Below, in pieces: positions 10,946 to 24,595 of a stretch of DNA of 64,000 nucleotides. The stretch comes from Octopus sinensis. Its lineage: Eukaryota. The stretch is taken from the NCBI RefSeq assembly GCF_006345805.1, contig NC_043011.1, positions 57,114,464 through 57,178,463 on the forward strand. The letters run 5' to 3'. The translations under genes and the position numbers were made by a program. The number at the start of each line of letters is the position of its first letter. Position 1 is the first letter of the stretch. Below the pieces are notes generated by a model that had not been told where the DNA came from, ran no database searches, and worked only from the letters and a program-made list of their open reading frames with translations.

Positions 10946-13900
10946 CAGGACTTTTGTTTTTCTTGTTGATAAGGTTTTTAAAATACGTATGCATATATTA
11001 ATTGTCAGCCTTATTATAAAACAAACTGTAATTCTATGTCGGTAATGTCAGGCTTATCTTGGTTTATGATAGCCTTACTTCACTTGATGGGGCTGTGAAT
11101 TAATGGCAGAGAACTGGAATTATACTACAATGCTGGGACACACACTTTCTATTCTCATCTCTTTTACTTGTGACACTTTCTGGATTGCAGCTGTGCTAGG
11201 GTTTAGTCAAACAAATCCACCTTGGTATCTTTTATTTTATCTGTCAATTTTGCTGAACTGCTAAGCCACAGGGACATAAACAAACCAACAATGTTGTCAA
11301 GATAAACACAAAGACACACACACATATATATCCTTATATAAAAGCACCAACCGATCGTGGCTGTTTGCCAGCCCGCTCTGGCCCCTGTGCTGGTGGCATG
11401 TAAAAAGCACCCACTATACTCTCAGAGTGGTCGGCGTTAGGAAGGGCATCCAGCTATAGAAGCACTGCCAGATCAGACTAGAGCCTGATGCAGCCTCCAT
11501 GGCTTCCAGACCCCGGTCGAACCGTCCAACCCATGCTAACGTGGAAAACAGACGTTAAATGATGATGATGATGATACACACAATGGATCTTGACACAGTG
11601 CGTTTACCAAACTCACTCACAAGGGACTGACTGGGTGCCTTGAGGCCATAGAAAAAAACGCAAACCCAAAGTGCCATTCAGTGGGACTGAACCCGGAGCT
11701 ATATGGTTGCAAAGTGAGCTTCTTATCCACACAGCCATATCTCTTGCTTTTTACTAACGTTGTTACTGTGTAGCCGTATATGATGACTGGTATGTTATTA
11801 CAATTCATACAAATTTAATATTGAACAAATCTCAACAGACTTGACATAAAAAAACCCCAAAAAAACCCTTTTTCTTTCCCAATATTCTTTGTCATGATCC
11901 AATATAGGGAAATCAAATATCAGATAATTAAAGCAAATAAATAAATTCGCAATGTTTGAATTCTTTTTGCAAATGATTGGTTATTGTTTCGATAAAAACT
12001 ATTTCCTCTGCGCATATAATTATCCACGATGACAATGCCAACCGATCATTGGCTGCTGAGAAAAATCTATTGTGAATAAATCTAAACTTAATTTCTATTG
12101 ACCAGGATTTTGTGTTGCTTTTCCTTTTCCTTTTTTTTTACCTGCTCTGACCTAGCTAAATGCTCCATCTCTCTCTCCTGTTGTTATGCAGCTTTAGATG
12201 AATTAAGCGAGAGGATTTAATCCTTAGATTTCGACAAATATTTAACCCAGCTAACCAAATACGACTCCTGACAACACATAATGCTTAACTAGCATTAGTA
12301 AAAGTTAATTGTCTGAAAGTTGAGGTAATAGAAATGTAATTAAATAGTTATGCTGCTCTTCACAAAATGAAAATGGGATAATTTCATTTGAGAAAATAGT
12401 TGAGGCAATATCAAATTTAAAAAAAAAAAAAATTTTTATCAAAAGCATTAAATTCACCCAATTGAAAACAAAATTGCTGTAAAAAACAGGAAAATCAAAA
12501 ATTAAAAGAACCAAAGAAAAAAATTGTTTTCTCTCTCATTTTTTCTTTTTGATACTAATTATTATTATTATTATTATCAAAATATGATATATATTATTAA
12601 AAAAAAAAAATGCAAATTTTCAAAGAAACAATCTGGAAAAGTTATTTCACTGCACAGAAACTAATTATTCATTCATTCATGACTAAATTTCTATAGAAAT
12701 CCACTGCTTTTGTATTCTGATAAATTTATAAAATAATTGAAAATGTGGAGGACTTTAGTAAAATATAAACTTTTTTTTTTATTAAACTGGAACATAAAAG
12801 GCTTTTATGCAAAATTATGAAAATTATGGAAGAGGGTTTCAAATTAAATAAGAAAGCTTCAAAATGAAAGGTCTTGTCTCATTAATCCAGAGGCAATTCC
12901 ACTTGTTTAATAGGTGATTACCAAAAAGATGGTTTAACAATGAATGTATTTCTCTAGTTTTAAGAAAGTGGCCAAATTTAACTCACATACTGAGTAGCTG
13001 ATACAAAGTTGGCAGAGCTGAAAGAATTATATTGCATACAACCCATGCCAGCATGGAAAGCGGATGTTAAACCATGACGATGACGATAACCTTGTTAGCA
13101 AGTTAAGGAAAATGCTTAGCAGTATTTCGTCTGCTGTTATGTTCTGAGTTCAAATTCTGCCGAGGTTGACTTTGCCTTTCATCCTTTCGGAGTCAATTAA
13201 ATAAGTACCAGTTATGCACTAGGGTTGATGTAATCAACTTAATCCCTGTCTGTCTTTGTTTGTCCCCTCTATGTTTAGCCCCTTGTGTGCAATAAAGAAA
13301 TAGATATGAGTTTAACAGACAAAAGTGTAACATAAAACTATAGTAGTTTGTTTGTTTAGTCAGTCTTTGTATGGTTCTCTGGAGTATTAAGAGTGAAGAC
13401 AGAGTTTACAAACTGGAAAACAGAAAAACGAACCAACTATTAACAATAAATTCACTGTATTTTCAGGACTTCTTTGATGGATTTGCCCTCCTTGCAGCTG
13501 GTCTCCTTTAGGTGTGCGTTTTGTTCCTTGTTAATTGAAAGTTAAGTAAAGAACTTTGGAGGAACTCATTTGCCATTAAGAGGAGCTAACATGGAAGCTT
13601 GTACATGATAGCTTGACCTACTGGAAACAGTAGTCAAAACTTGTAGCATGCTTTACCGAAAGGAAATTAATTTGAGATACACTCATTGTTTTAACATCCA
13701 CTTTTCTGTTTGCATGGGTCAGGTGGAATTTGGAGGGACAGATTTTCTAGGGCTGGATGGACTTACTGTTGCCAACCCTCACTTGTTTATAAGCAAGATA
13801 ATATTTACCCATGGCTGGATATGTTTCCATGGAAGGACCAAAACAAACGACACTGCTTGTCTGAGAATGACGTCTGGTTACATCTATCATGTAATGTCAA

Positions 13901-14454
13901 GACAAAGAGGCAGGCACACACACACACACAATGGGTTTCTCTCAGTTTCCATCTATGGAATCTACTCACAAGACTTTGGTTAACCTGGGGTCATAATAGA
14001 AGACACCCAAGGTGTCATACAGTGGGACTGAACCCAAAACCATGTGGTGGGAGGAAAAAACAAAAACAAATCCTCAAATATTTCTCGTTGGAAAACCTTT
14101 GATTACAGTTCTGCTTCTGCAAAGCTGACATCAATTACCAATGTTAGTTAGACCCCCCCCCACCTTATGTAAAGGCTAACAACATCATCATCATCATCAT
14201 TGTTTAACGTCCGTTTTCCATGTTAGCATGGGTTGGATGGTTCAACCAGGGTCTGGGAAGCCAGGAGGCTGCACCAGGCTCCAATCTTGATCTGGCAGTG
14301 TTTCTACAGCTGGGTGCCCTTATTAACGCCAACCACTCCGTAAGTGTAGCTGATGCTTTTTACATGCCACCGGCACAGAAGCCAGTCAAGGTGGCGCTGG
14401 CATCGACCATGTACGGATAGTCTCCATAAGTCACTCGTCCAACTTCCTCAGTTA

Positions 14455-14600
14455 TCTATATATATAAAGATGAGAACATGAGTCTGTGTGAATCCCTAAA
14501 ACTTGAGAACTACACAACCGATTTCATTCAAATTTTACACATGCCTTACTTAATGTCCATGCAGTGTCATATTCTATAAAAATGTGGATATGAAATAACA
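14455..14600 (+). mobile_element. Possible non-autonomous Helitron 5' end
   Basis: A|TCTATATATATAAAG..gtctgtgtgaatccctaaaacttgagaactacacaaccgatttcattcaaattttacaca resembles the 5' architecture of Lep1-type Helitrons; no CTAG 3' end found. Confidence 0.45.
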
Positions 14601-14874
14601 GCAGCCTTGTTTACAGTTGATGGCAACATCAATGTTGTGAAGAACTTGAGAATCAAAGTGAGATCAAATTGACAAGCTTCAATTTAGATATTTTTTTACT
14701 CAGATATCGTGGCAGCCATTTTATTATTCATATATCATTTGAGAGGAATTTGGCTACTGCTTCTAATAGGGTCCCTTCTTGTAGTTTAACTACAGGGAAG
14801 CCCTGTTCAAACTGACATGACCAAAGATATTCTAGGATTCTAGCCCTCACCATCTCTCTCTCTCTTTATATATA

Positions 14875-15090
14875 CAGTAATCCCCCAATTATTGCAGGTA
14901 ATACATTCTAAAATCCCACCACGATAGGTGAAAATCTGTGAAGTAGAAACAGTACTGTACTGTATATTTAAAAAATTTTTTATAATTTGTATATTTTTAT
15001 TCTGTTATAAATGCAAAACAACACCATGGAGGAATCGATGTAAGCTTAAATAATAAACTACAATAAGTGAACCATGATACAATGAGGAAC

Positions 15091-15095
<5 letters not shown>
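14875..15095. mobile_element. pogo/Tigger-like MITE (221 bp)
   Basis: TA|cagtaatcccccaattattgcagg ... ccatgatacaatgaggaactactg: imperfect CAGTA-type TIRs and no ORF. A second copy lies at 52571-52955. Confidence 0.75.
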
Positions 15096-15177
<82 letters not shown>

Positions 15178-15220
15178 GTGTGTGTGTGTGTGTGTGTAGA
15201 TAGATAGATAGATAGATAAA
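15095..15220. repeat. Compound microsatellite (GT)n(TA)n(GT)n(GATA)n
   Basis: Directly visible. Confidence 0.95.
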
Positions 15221-15479
15221 GGAAGAAAAATAAAATGGAGGGAGTGAAGTTAATAAACCTTTATTAACCACAACAAATTAATCATTATCCCTTACAGCTG
15301 ACAGAGTGAGAGAGAGAGAGAGAACTATATTGTTCAATGTATTATTTTAAAAAAATGATAGCTTCTGATTTAAGGGAATTTGGTTGCTATTTCTAGGAAA
15401 TCAAAAGATCAAGTAAATTTCATTAATGCAAAATGGCATAGGATTTTAACAAAAGAAAAACTCTCTTTAAAACTAACTG

Positions 15480-15516
<37 letters not shown>

Positions 15517-15670
15517 ATCATCATCATCATCGTTTAACGTCCGTTCTCCATGCTAGCATGGGTTGGACGGTTCGACCGGGGTTCTGGGAAGCCAGAAGGC
15601 TGCACCAGGCTCCAGTCTAATCTGGCAAGTTTCTACAGCTGGATGCCCTTCCTAACGCCATATATATATA

Positions 15671-16956
15671 TAAGGTCATCAAGTATGAAATTTGTAGATA
15701 GGAAAAAAAAAAGTTTTGTAAGTTTTATAAATACAAGGAATAGTTTTATTCATCAAAATATGCACCCATATTGTCAATACACTTTTGCCATTTCAGTGGT
15801 AGCTTGTCCAGCCTAGAACCGTAAAAGCCTGGCAATCTAGAGTCAGTAAAATCTTGGAAGGCCTGTTTTACAGCATCGTCGGAATTAAATTTTTTCCTAT
15901 CAAAAAGTTATCCAAATTCTAGATGAAGTAGTAGTCAGTCAGTGGGGACAAGTTCAGGTGAGTATGGTGGATGATGGAGAACTTCTAACTCCTGTAGTTT
16001 CGCCAATGTCATTTTTGCGATGTGTGGTCTGGTGTTGTCTTGCAGCAAAATAGAAGTGGATCTGTTGACTATTCTAGGCTGTTTTTTGTAAGTTTCTGCA
16101 TCATTTGGTCCAGTTGGCTGCAGTATACTTCAACCATGATTGATGAGCCAGGTTTAATGAAATCATAATGGATCACACCTGTGCCTGACCACCAAACACA
16201 CACCATCAGCTTCTTTTGATGAATTTTGCTTTTTGGACCGTGTTTTGGTGGCTCATCTTTGTCCAGCCATTGTGCTGAACATTTATGGTTGTTGTATTGG
16301 ATCCATTTCTCATCACATGTTACAATTTGATTAAAAAGCGATTCATTTTTGTGACAAGAAAGTAGCATAATGCTGGCTTCCAAACATTACTGTTTCTGAT
16401 TTTCATTGAGTTCATGTGGAACCCACTTATCCAACTTTTTCACTTTACCAATTTGAACTAGATGAGTCAATATTGGTTTGCTTGCCAACACCAAACAACA
16501 ACGTTAATTCACGGGTATTTTAAGAGGTATTTGACTCGATGGAGGCTTTCAGTTTGTCATTATCCACCTTTGTTTCTGGTCGACCGCGTTGCTCATTTGT
16601 GAGATCAAAGTTACCAGAATGAAATTTTGCAAACCAATTTGATACTGTCTGCTGTGTACAAACATTAGAATGAAATACTCCATTAATATTCCGAGCTGTG
16701 ATGCTGTATTTTCAAGACAGATTTCATATTTCAAAACTGTACGAATTTCCGACTTACAAACAAAAACTCTAAACAAAAATAGCAAAAAATGATTTATAAA
16801 TACTTTATAAAGCGCAAAATGAGTTAGAATAAAGAAATAGATGTGTCAGCTTTCTAACAAAAAATAAAGATTGTCAAAATATAATAATGGCACAAAATGA
16901 GCAGCTGTCAAAGTTTACTATATACCTTACTACCAATTCCATACTTGACGACCTAA
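15671..16956 (-). mobile_element. Full-length decayed mariner (D34D) transposon, 1286 bp
   Basis: TIRs taaggtcatcaagtatgaaatttgtagatagg (left) and ttaggtcgtcaagtatggaattggtagtaagg (right, reverse complement), both TA-flanked. Transposase remnants: KSEIRTVLKYE, IVTCDEKWIQYNN, HQKKLMVCVWW, QDNTRPH, HPPYSPELVPTD, FYGSRLDKLPLKWQKCIDNMGAYFD. Many frameshifts. Confidence 0.93.
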
Positions 16957-18719
16957 TATATAGTATTGAAAGTTTCTGAAGAGAGTCAGATCTGAAAGAA
17001 GAGAGCTCTATATAGTCAGTATAGAGCTGAATTATATGATCAATATAGTCTGTGGCTCAGATAGAGGCACCTTAGGTTTCCGAATGCATATTTGTAGCCA
17101 GTGTAAGTATCAGTTGGTTGATTTCTTCAGTCACACTTTACATCGTAGAGAGAAAGAGGAAGAGAGATTAAAGGAGAGATTCAGATGCTGCATAAGAGGT
17201 GTAGGATGAGAGCACATACTAAGCTTGGTGGCAGGCAATCATTAAATGAGTATCACATTTACATGATGCACAGGGAGAAGACGAATCAAAGAACAGAGGA
17301 AGTGTGTGTGTGTGTGTGTGTGTTGTGGTTATGCTGGGAACATCCTTGAAGGGTTTTTAAATTGATCAAATCAACCTCAGCACTTATGATAGTCTGGTAC
17401 TTATTTAATCGATCTCTATTATCAAACAGCTAAGTTACTGTTTATCTATAAAAATATGCTTTTTTCAAAAAAATCGTTTGCTTCATTTATGATGGGTGTC
17501 TATACAGTTTCTGCTGACCAAATTTCACTCATAGGATATTGGTCAATTCAAGGCTGAGTAGATGATCCACTTGCCCAAGATGCCCCCATGTGAGGGATCA
17601 ACCTCAGAACGATGCAGTTATGAAGTCCTTAGGTCTCTCATGAGCCCCAAGATGCCATAAGAGCAGCAGGGTGTATGAGCGACTGAGATTAGAATATTCC
17701 ACCCCTAGATGGAATGCTGACCTCTCACCCAGTTCACTTCTTGGCCATTACTGGAACTCACAGCTGAGTGGATTGAATGCACTGCATGGTCCAGGAGTTG
17801 AAACCATGATCTTATAATCATGATTGAAATACTCTAAACACTAGCTCATGTGCCTTGTCAAGTCCTTAATCAGATAGTTATCCTTGTAAGCAGCATATTC
17901 CAAATAAAAATACAAAAATGAAATGGAATGGTTCTGTTAAATGAAGACGAAGACTTTTCTGATAGGCAGATGCTGCTAAAAGCTGATTCAGTTTTCAAAA
18001 CAACCGATTCCAGAAGGAAATGTCAGTAAATCTTTGAGTCTGCTGCATTTACATTGTACACCTTACCAGGGTAGCAGTACTATTCAGGGTAGTGAATGAG
18101 TGACGTTAGAAGTAAATATCTTTTTTGTTAGTCACCAAACAAACAGTCTTCCAGTACTTTCCATATTGGTTACATGAAGCAAACTATACTGTTTGCTTAA
18201 ATCACTTCTTTGTCAAACACGACATCTCTTGTGGGTGGACTCAACCCTTTTAGCAATGCCAGAGAGAGAGATGCACAAGAAGGGCTGTAGACACAGGTGT
18301 CACTGTGCTCTCGAACCACATGTTTCTGGGTTCAGTCCCACTGTGTAGCACCTTGGACAAGTATTTTCTTCTTTAGCCCAGAGCCAATCAAAGCTTTGTG
18401 GATTTGGTAAGCAGAAATTGAACAAAGCTCGTCATGTATGTGGTGTGTGTGTGTCTGTCTGTCCCCTGCTGCTACTTTACAATCAGTGTTGCTTTGTTTA
18501 TGTCCCTGTAACTTAGCAGTTTAGCAAAAAAAAAAAGGGCATATAGAATAAGTATAAGACATAAAAAATTAAGTACTAAGGTTGATTTCTTTAAACCCTT
18601 GAAGATGGAGCCCCAGCATGGCCACAGTCCGAATGATTGAAATAGGATAAAAGAAATAGGAGTGTTAATGGTTAAATATTTCATAAAAGAAACAAGAAAT
18701 TGTTATTTTTAAGTGATTT

Positions 18720-19300
18720 AATGTGTAGCAGATGAACGGTAGTAGTTTACTTCGACCCTCTGAGAGGGGACGGGGTTGGGGGGAATAACCAGAGCAGGAG
18801 TAGGGTTAGTGTTCAGTTGAAATTCCAGCAAGTTAGTGGTTGTTGGAAGGGAAACCTGAGCCATGCCGCTGTTTTACAGAAGGATTTACCAAAGTCTTTA
18901 AGTCTGGGGGGGTGGCGCAGTGAGACAGAGAGGTTTTAATGACTGACAAAGAGAGAAGGGAATGAAAGACGATGCATGGAGAGGAAAGGAAATGAGGTAT
19001 CGATAGTCAACCATGTGGGAAAAAAAGTTCACTTAAATAACATGTTAAGTAATTCGATGGAGTGCGGGGGTGGAATGTGGTATATAAGAAAGAAATTGTA
19101 GACTTTTGTTTGATGAGAGGGAAGTGTGGTGAGACGAGGAGAAGAATTCTGAAGAGATAAAGGAAATGGAAGAGGAAGAACAGCATTGCAAAAGCTCATG
19201 GATTGGCTGCCGATTGCAATAATAATAAGTGCATAACACATCAATAACGATGGTAGAAAACAAAATTTCATTTCGGAAAACATGGAGTTAACATTCAGTG
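18720..19300 (-). mobile_element. Possible degenerate retroelement ORF fragment (Penelope-like?)
   Basis: Purine-skewed unique stretch. Minus-strand pieces (FFLIYHIPP.., SFPFLSMHRLSFPSLFVSH) weakly echo the PLE RT-to-GIY-YIG linker. Weak evidence. Confidence 0.25.
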
Positions 19301-22300
19301 AAGCTGCAACCGATTATGAAACTCTGTATAATTGTTCTAATTAGAGAGAAAATAAATTACCAAAAAAACAGACAGGATTACTAGAAATGATTGTTATTGT
19401 GAAGTGAGCTATGTGCAGCACTAGGCATTAAATGTAGTGAAAAGATAAATTTATTAAAAGAAAACAAAAAAAAAAAAACAAGCAAAAAAAAGCATGGCAG
19501 AAGAGGATTATAAACTTTTGTTGTTTTTTTTTTTCTGAAGTTTTTACCATTTTTTAAAAGCATGTTCTGGTTTTGTAAAACTTTATTTTTAACAAATAAC
19601 AACCAGATGTAATTTAGCCGATTTTGTTTGTTTGTTTTCGTGGACTGTTTAGATTAAAGTATAGATTTTTCCAAACAGAGAATTTAGGAAGGAACCTGTA
19701 ATATTGGTTGTTAACTGCAATATAGACAAAAATTTTGTGTGTGAGAGAGAGAAGGATGGAGGGTAGGAAGAGAGAATTAAGTAAATGAGTTGTGTTTGAT
19801 TTTGACCACGAGAGAGAGAGAGAGAGAGAAAAAAGAAGGGGGGGGTCATATTTTCATAATCTATGGCATTTAAATTCTTGGTGTGCGCATCATGTCAGAT
19901 TCTTAAGTTGCTTCGGCTTCATAAGAGGTAAATAATAATGATAATCCTTTCTAATCTTGGCACAATTTTGGGAGAGTGGGTAAACTGATTATATCGACCC
20001 TAATGTTCAACTGGTACTTGTTTTGTTGACCCCCAAAAGGATGAAGGACAAAGTCAACCTCAGCAGAATTTGAACTCAGAACATAGAAAGGTGGCTGAAA
20101 TGCTGCTAAGCATTTTGTCTGGCATGCTAACGATTCTGCCATCTCATCAATAACCATCAACATCATTTAACTTCTACTTTTCATGCCGGCATGGGTTGGA
20201 TGATTTGACAGGGTCCACCAAGCTGTGGGGCTGTGCTGAGCTCCAATGTCGACTTTGGCATGGCTTCCTTGGCTGGATGCCCTTCCCAACACCAACCACT
20301 TCACAACGCGCATTGGGTGCTTTTAACATGGCACCTCTGGCACAAGTCACCAAGTAAATTGGTAGACAGCTATAGAACACAAATACTTCCTTCCCCATGA
20401 CTAAGCAGGGAGGGAGTATTTGAGAGGGGGAAGGTGGGCGTAGGTTTATACCAGGTGTCTTGCTATAAGGCAAGTACATGGTTACCCTGCATTAGATAAG
20501 GGTGGGTTAGAGTAGCTGAGGGAGAGGATAAAGATGGCAACACGGTGCCGAAATGAACTCCCAAGGTAAAGATTATCAAAATTAAATGTTGGGAGATTCT
20601 AACATTTTTTTCAGATGGATGGCAAGAGGATACTAAAAACAGTCCATTCTGCATAACAAACTGTTTATTATCTCTGGTTTGTAACATCCAGAAGAGTGAA
20701 CATCATTGTTGCCCTTCAGCCATATGTGAGGCAATGTATAGCAGAGATATGTCAATAACTGGGGGGGGGCAGAACAGTAACTTTTTTTAAAAGGTGACAT
20801 GGGAAAGCTTCTCAGGGATGCTTTCTGCATGAAGAACACATAGTTAATGGTATAGTTTGCAAAAGAAAATTTTTAATATTCTTCCATAATCACTCCCCGT
20901 CACCATTAGTGTTAATGATAATTATTTTCAAATGGGACAAGACAAGATTGATTGGAAACCGAATGTTGACATACAGTAAGAACTGGCCAGGAAAATCAAC
21001 AGCCTATTCACCTGGCCATGTCACTTCTTCACAGAAGTTGAACACACACACACAGAATACCAACAAATACGAAGACTGTTGTTTAAACTGTAAACCAAAA
21101 ATATCTGGACAAAGCTGAATTAGAAAGTTTTTTTTCTTTTTTTTTTTATTGCTTAAGAGCCTTGTTAATGTGTCACAATATTTGCAGAGCTGTGCTGCTG
21201 TGTATTTTGTGACCATGGCTTGCACAGGTACAATCATTAAGGTACTGACATCTGGCATTGTATTGTGACCATACTGTGTAATGTTAAACTAGCTTGGCCG
21301 TCACCTATGCTACTTCGATTTAATGGTTAGGAATTAGTTTAAAATGAGGATGCACTGCCAATCATCATCGTCATCGTTTAATGCCTACTTTCCCATGCTT
21401 GCATGGACCAGACAAGTTTTTCTTCAGAAGACTGGAAATGAACAACCCTGCTTGTAGGACAGTGATACACGTTTACACAAAACTCCCACCCCATATACAC
21501 ACACACAGAGACACTATACAGGTGTCATGCAAATTAGTATGTAAGTGCACCCCAGTGTCACATAAATTGCACCTGTGCTGGTGGCATGTAAAAGTACCCA
21601 TTACACTCTCAGAATGGTTGGCGTTAGGAAGGGCATCCAGCCGAAGAAAACCATGCCAAATCAGACCGGAGTCTGATGGAGCCGTCCACCGTGCCAGCCC
21701 AGTCAAACCGTCTGACCCATGCCAGCATGGACAATGAACGTTAAATGATGATGATGACACACACACATCAGGCTTCTTTCAGTTTCCACCTACCAAATCC
21801 ACTCAAAAGGCCTTGGTTGGCCTAGGGCTATAGTAGAAGACACCTGCCCAAGGTGCCATGCTGTGATATGACTGTACCTGAGACTACAGAACTAAGAAGC
21901 AAGTTTCCTAACTACACAGCCATGTTTGCACTTGTCCATTGTTTTCACACACACACACACAAGGATGCCTTCGACTGGTAAAAGGTCACAACTATAGAAG
22001 GAAGTAGTGTTCTTGACTGAATTGATACAAAGGTTCCGTAGCAAAACTCAGCAGCAGCAGCAATAAGGAGTCAAATTTTGGGGGTGAGTTTTTAAGTCAA
22101 TCAGATCAATCTCAATATACAACTGGTACTTATTTCATTGACCTGGGGAGGATAAGGTGAGGTCAAACACAGTGGGATTGGAGCACAAAGTAAAAATAGG
22201 TAATGGTTGTCTATTACCTCACAATAATAGTCTAATTTCTGGTATTACTTAATTATACAAACATAATGGAATCTTCTAAAACAGTGAATAGATGGGTGGG

Positions 22301-23489
22301 GGGTTCAATTTGAGTAAATAGAAACCAATGGGAATCATAGGTAAAAAATGGTTGGGAGGCATTACTCTAGATGGTTGTTGGACTTGCTAGAGCTAGAAAT
22401 AGTAGCTAAATCTCCATCATATCAAAGGAAAAAAAAACCCCAGACACAATGTGTTTGAATCAAAGACAAGATTGCTAAGAGAAAGATGTCTGTCTTTGAT
22501 TATAGATCTGGTTGGCTTGGTGGATTAAGGTTGACCTGTAGTTAAACAATAAACTTATGGGTTTGTTGCAATCAAATGGAAAAGCAGGTGAACAGACGTA
22601 CGTGTGTCTAGATTAATTATCAATCAACTTCAAAAGCCACTCAATGAAAGGATAAGAATATGGCTGACATTTACTGGAAGAGGTGTAAATATAAGGATTT
22701 CAGAATCACAATGAAATTCTGGAAGTTTGTAAGCAATTAATCTGCCTGTAATGACTGTTCTTTTGTTTGTCTTTCATCTTTCTCAATCAACCTGAGCCAG
22801 CAGGATTCAACGATAAGCAAGGAACAAACAATAGAATGCCAAAGATATATTAATTTGGAATTACAGTTTGAATTTATAATTACTAAGATTAATCTTGATT
22901 TGTGGAACGGGGTTGGATTATGTTTGAATTAATAACGAGCAGTCGTTGGGGTTATTTAGCCCCAGGTCAGTCATGATCAAACAAGCTTATCATGAAAGGC
23001 ATCACAGCTGTGACCGTCTTGTCTTTTTTCAGGCATAGTGATTCTAGATTCATGTAATCCAATACATTCTTCCCTTTTTCAGATGATAAAGTATGATTTT
23101 AGGGAGTTTGACTAATAATCCTAAGAGGTTCAGCACCCCTATAAAGACTCGCAGTGGATTGGCATCACAAGCTGTTGATATTTACTCCAAGATCATCCCT
23201 GATCAAGAATGCCTTATTACCAAAGGTTTTCAAGCTGTGACCAACCTCTTTTTTTTCTACAACACAATGTAACCAAGTTCAAATTATTCAAGGTGTCATT
23301 TTCTAAGACGGTTTGAGGGAGATTTAGCTCTATTTCTAGCATATTAAGAAACTACTTAGAAGCATGTTGTTCCTTCCGGTGTTTCTTGCCCCACTAATTT
23401 ATGTACGTCTTGCCTTCTTCAGAGATTGTTTCATATCCACCCCCAGGTTAAAAGTGGTTGAACAGTGCACTGGAGGGGACAACTGACAT

Positions 23490-23870
23490 TGCTTACTTAG
23501 GCCTTTTGGCGCTTAGGCCATCAATGATGTTTCTCCACCGTTCTTGACCCTGGGCATCCTTTTCTACTTCTCTCCTTGTCTTTTCAACTCAGGCCTTTCA
23601 GATTTTTGCTGCACTGCAACATACGTTTCTCTTTGAGGGAAGGTGGCCCTTCATAGGTTTCATTGGTTTTGAATCATGACCAATGCTTCTGTAACTTTGC
23701 TTTTTCTAGTTAGGAGTGTTGGTGCTAAACAAATCGACTTTTACCTCTAGGAAAAGGTGATCCATATTAGTCTGGCCTCAATCCTTTGACCTGTCCAACA
23801 TAGAAGACCCCACCAGGAGACTGTTCTGCTGGTAATTAAGATACATAAGCTACCATACAGCAACAAGGAC
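23490..23870 (-). mobile_element. Internally deleted RTE LINE (5'UTR joined to ORF end)
   Basis: Minus strand: cctggtggggtcttctatgttggacaggtcaaaggattgaggccagactaa (RTE 5'UTR-like), followed within ~250 bp by ..EVEKDAQGQERWRNIIDGLSAKRPK* (RTE C-terminus). Confidence 0.6.
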
Positions 23871-24552
23871 TGGACCTTGTGCAGGAGACACCTAATATGC
23901 CAGGTATATAAGTGATGTGTGCTGAAGAGACCAAAAATCAGAACAGAGAGAGTGAATGAGGATCGGAAGCATCACCAATGTTATATGAAGAAGCTGATCA
24001 AACAAAATGTTGCTAACTTTGGTGAAGCAAGAGTTTGTATGAATACGGCCAAGATTACACCTCGATATCTGGGTTTCCTTTTTCAGGATCATTTCTTTGT
24101 CTGAATGACGCATGAATTAGATAAACAAGACTATTAAAATACCTTCAAGACAGAAACTATTGACAAGACTATAATTCAAAATATTGTATAAACACAAAAA
24201 CTTTTTTCTTTTCTTTTTTCCCCTTCATTCTTCTTCACTGGTCAATTCCAACCAGGTTTTGTTCTGTTTGGCTTGTAATATGTAAATGTAACCATTGAAA
24301 CACACCCAGCTCGATATAGATATGAATTATTGTTAACTTAAGTGTCCACAGCAAATAACTTTTATGCATGATTCTGAAGAGTTGAATTTGGAATTGTGTC
24401 AATGACACCTCATGTATCAATAATTGCATATATTATTGTTGTATAGTATAGCAATGTTCAAGAGATTGATTTCCAATGAAACAATTGTAAATCAATGAAA
24501 TAAAAGGACTTGCTCACTCCACTCTCCTCGGTTATATTTATATATATATAAG

Positions 24553-24595
<43 letters not shown>

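Noticed and set aside
21285-21320. Helitron 3' end (..ggtgacggccaagCTAG|T on the minus strand)
   Set aside because: No clear subterminal hairpin or matching 5' end; too short to support.
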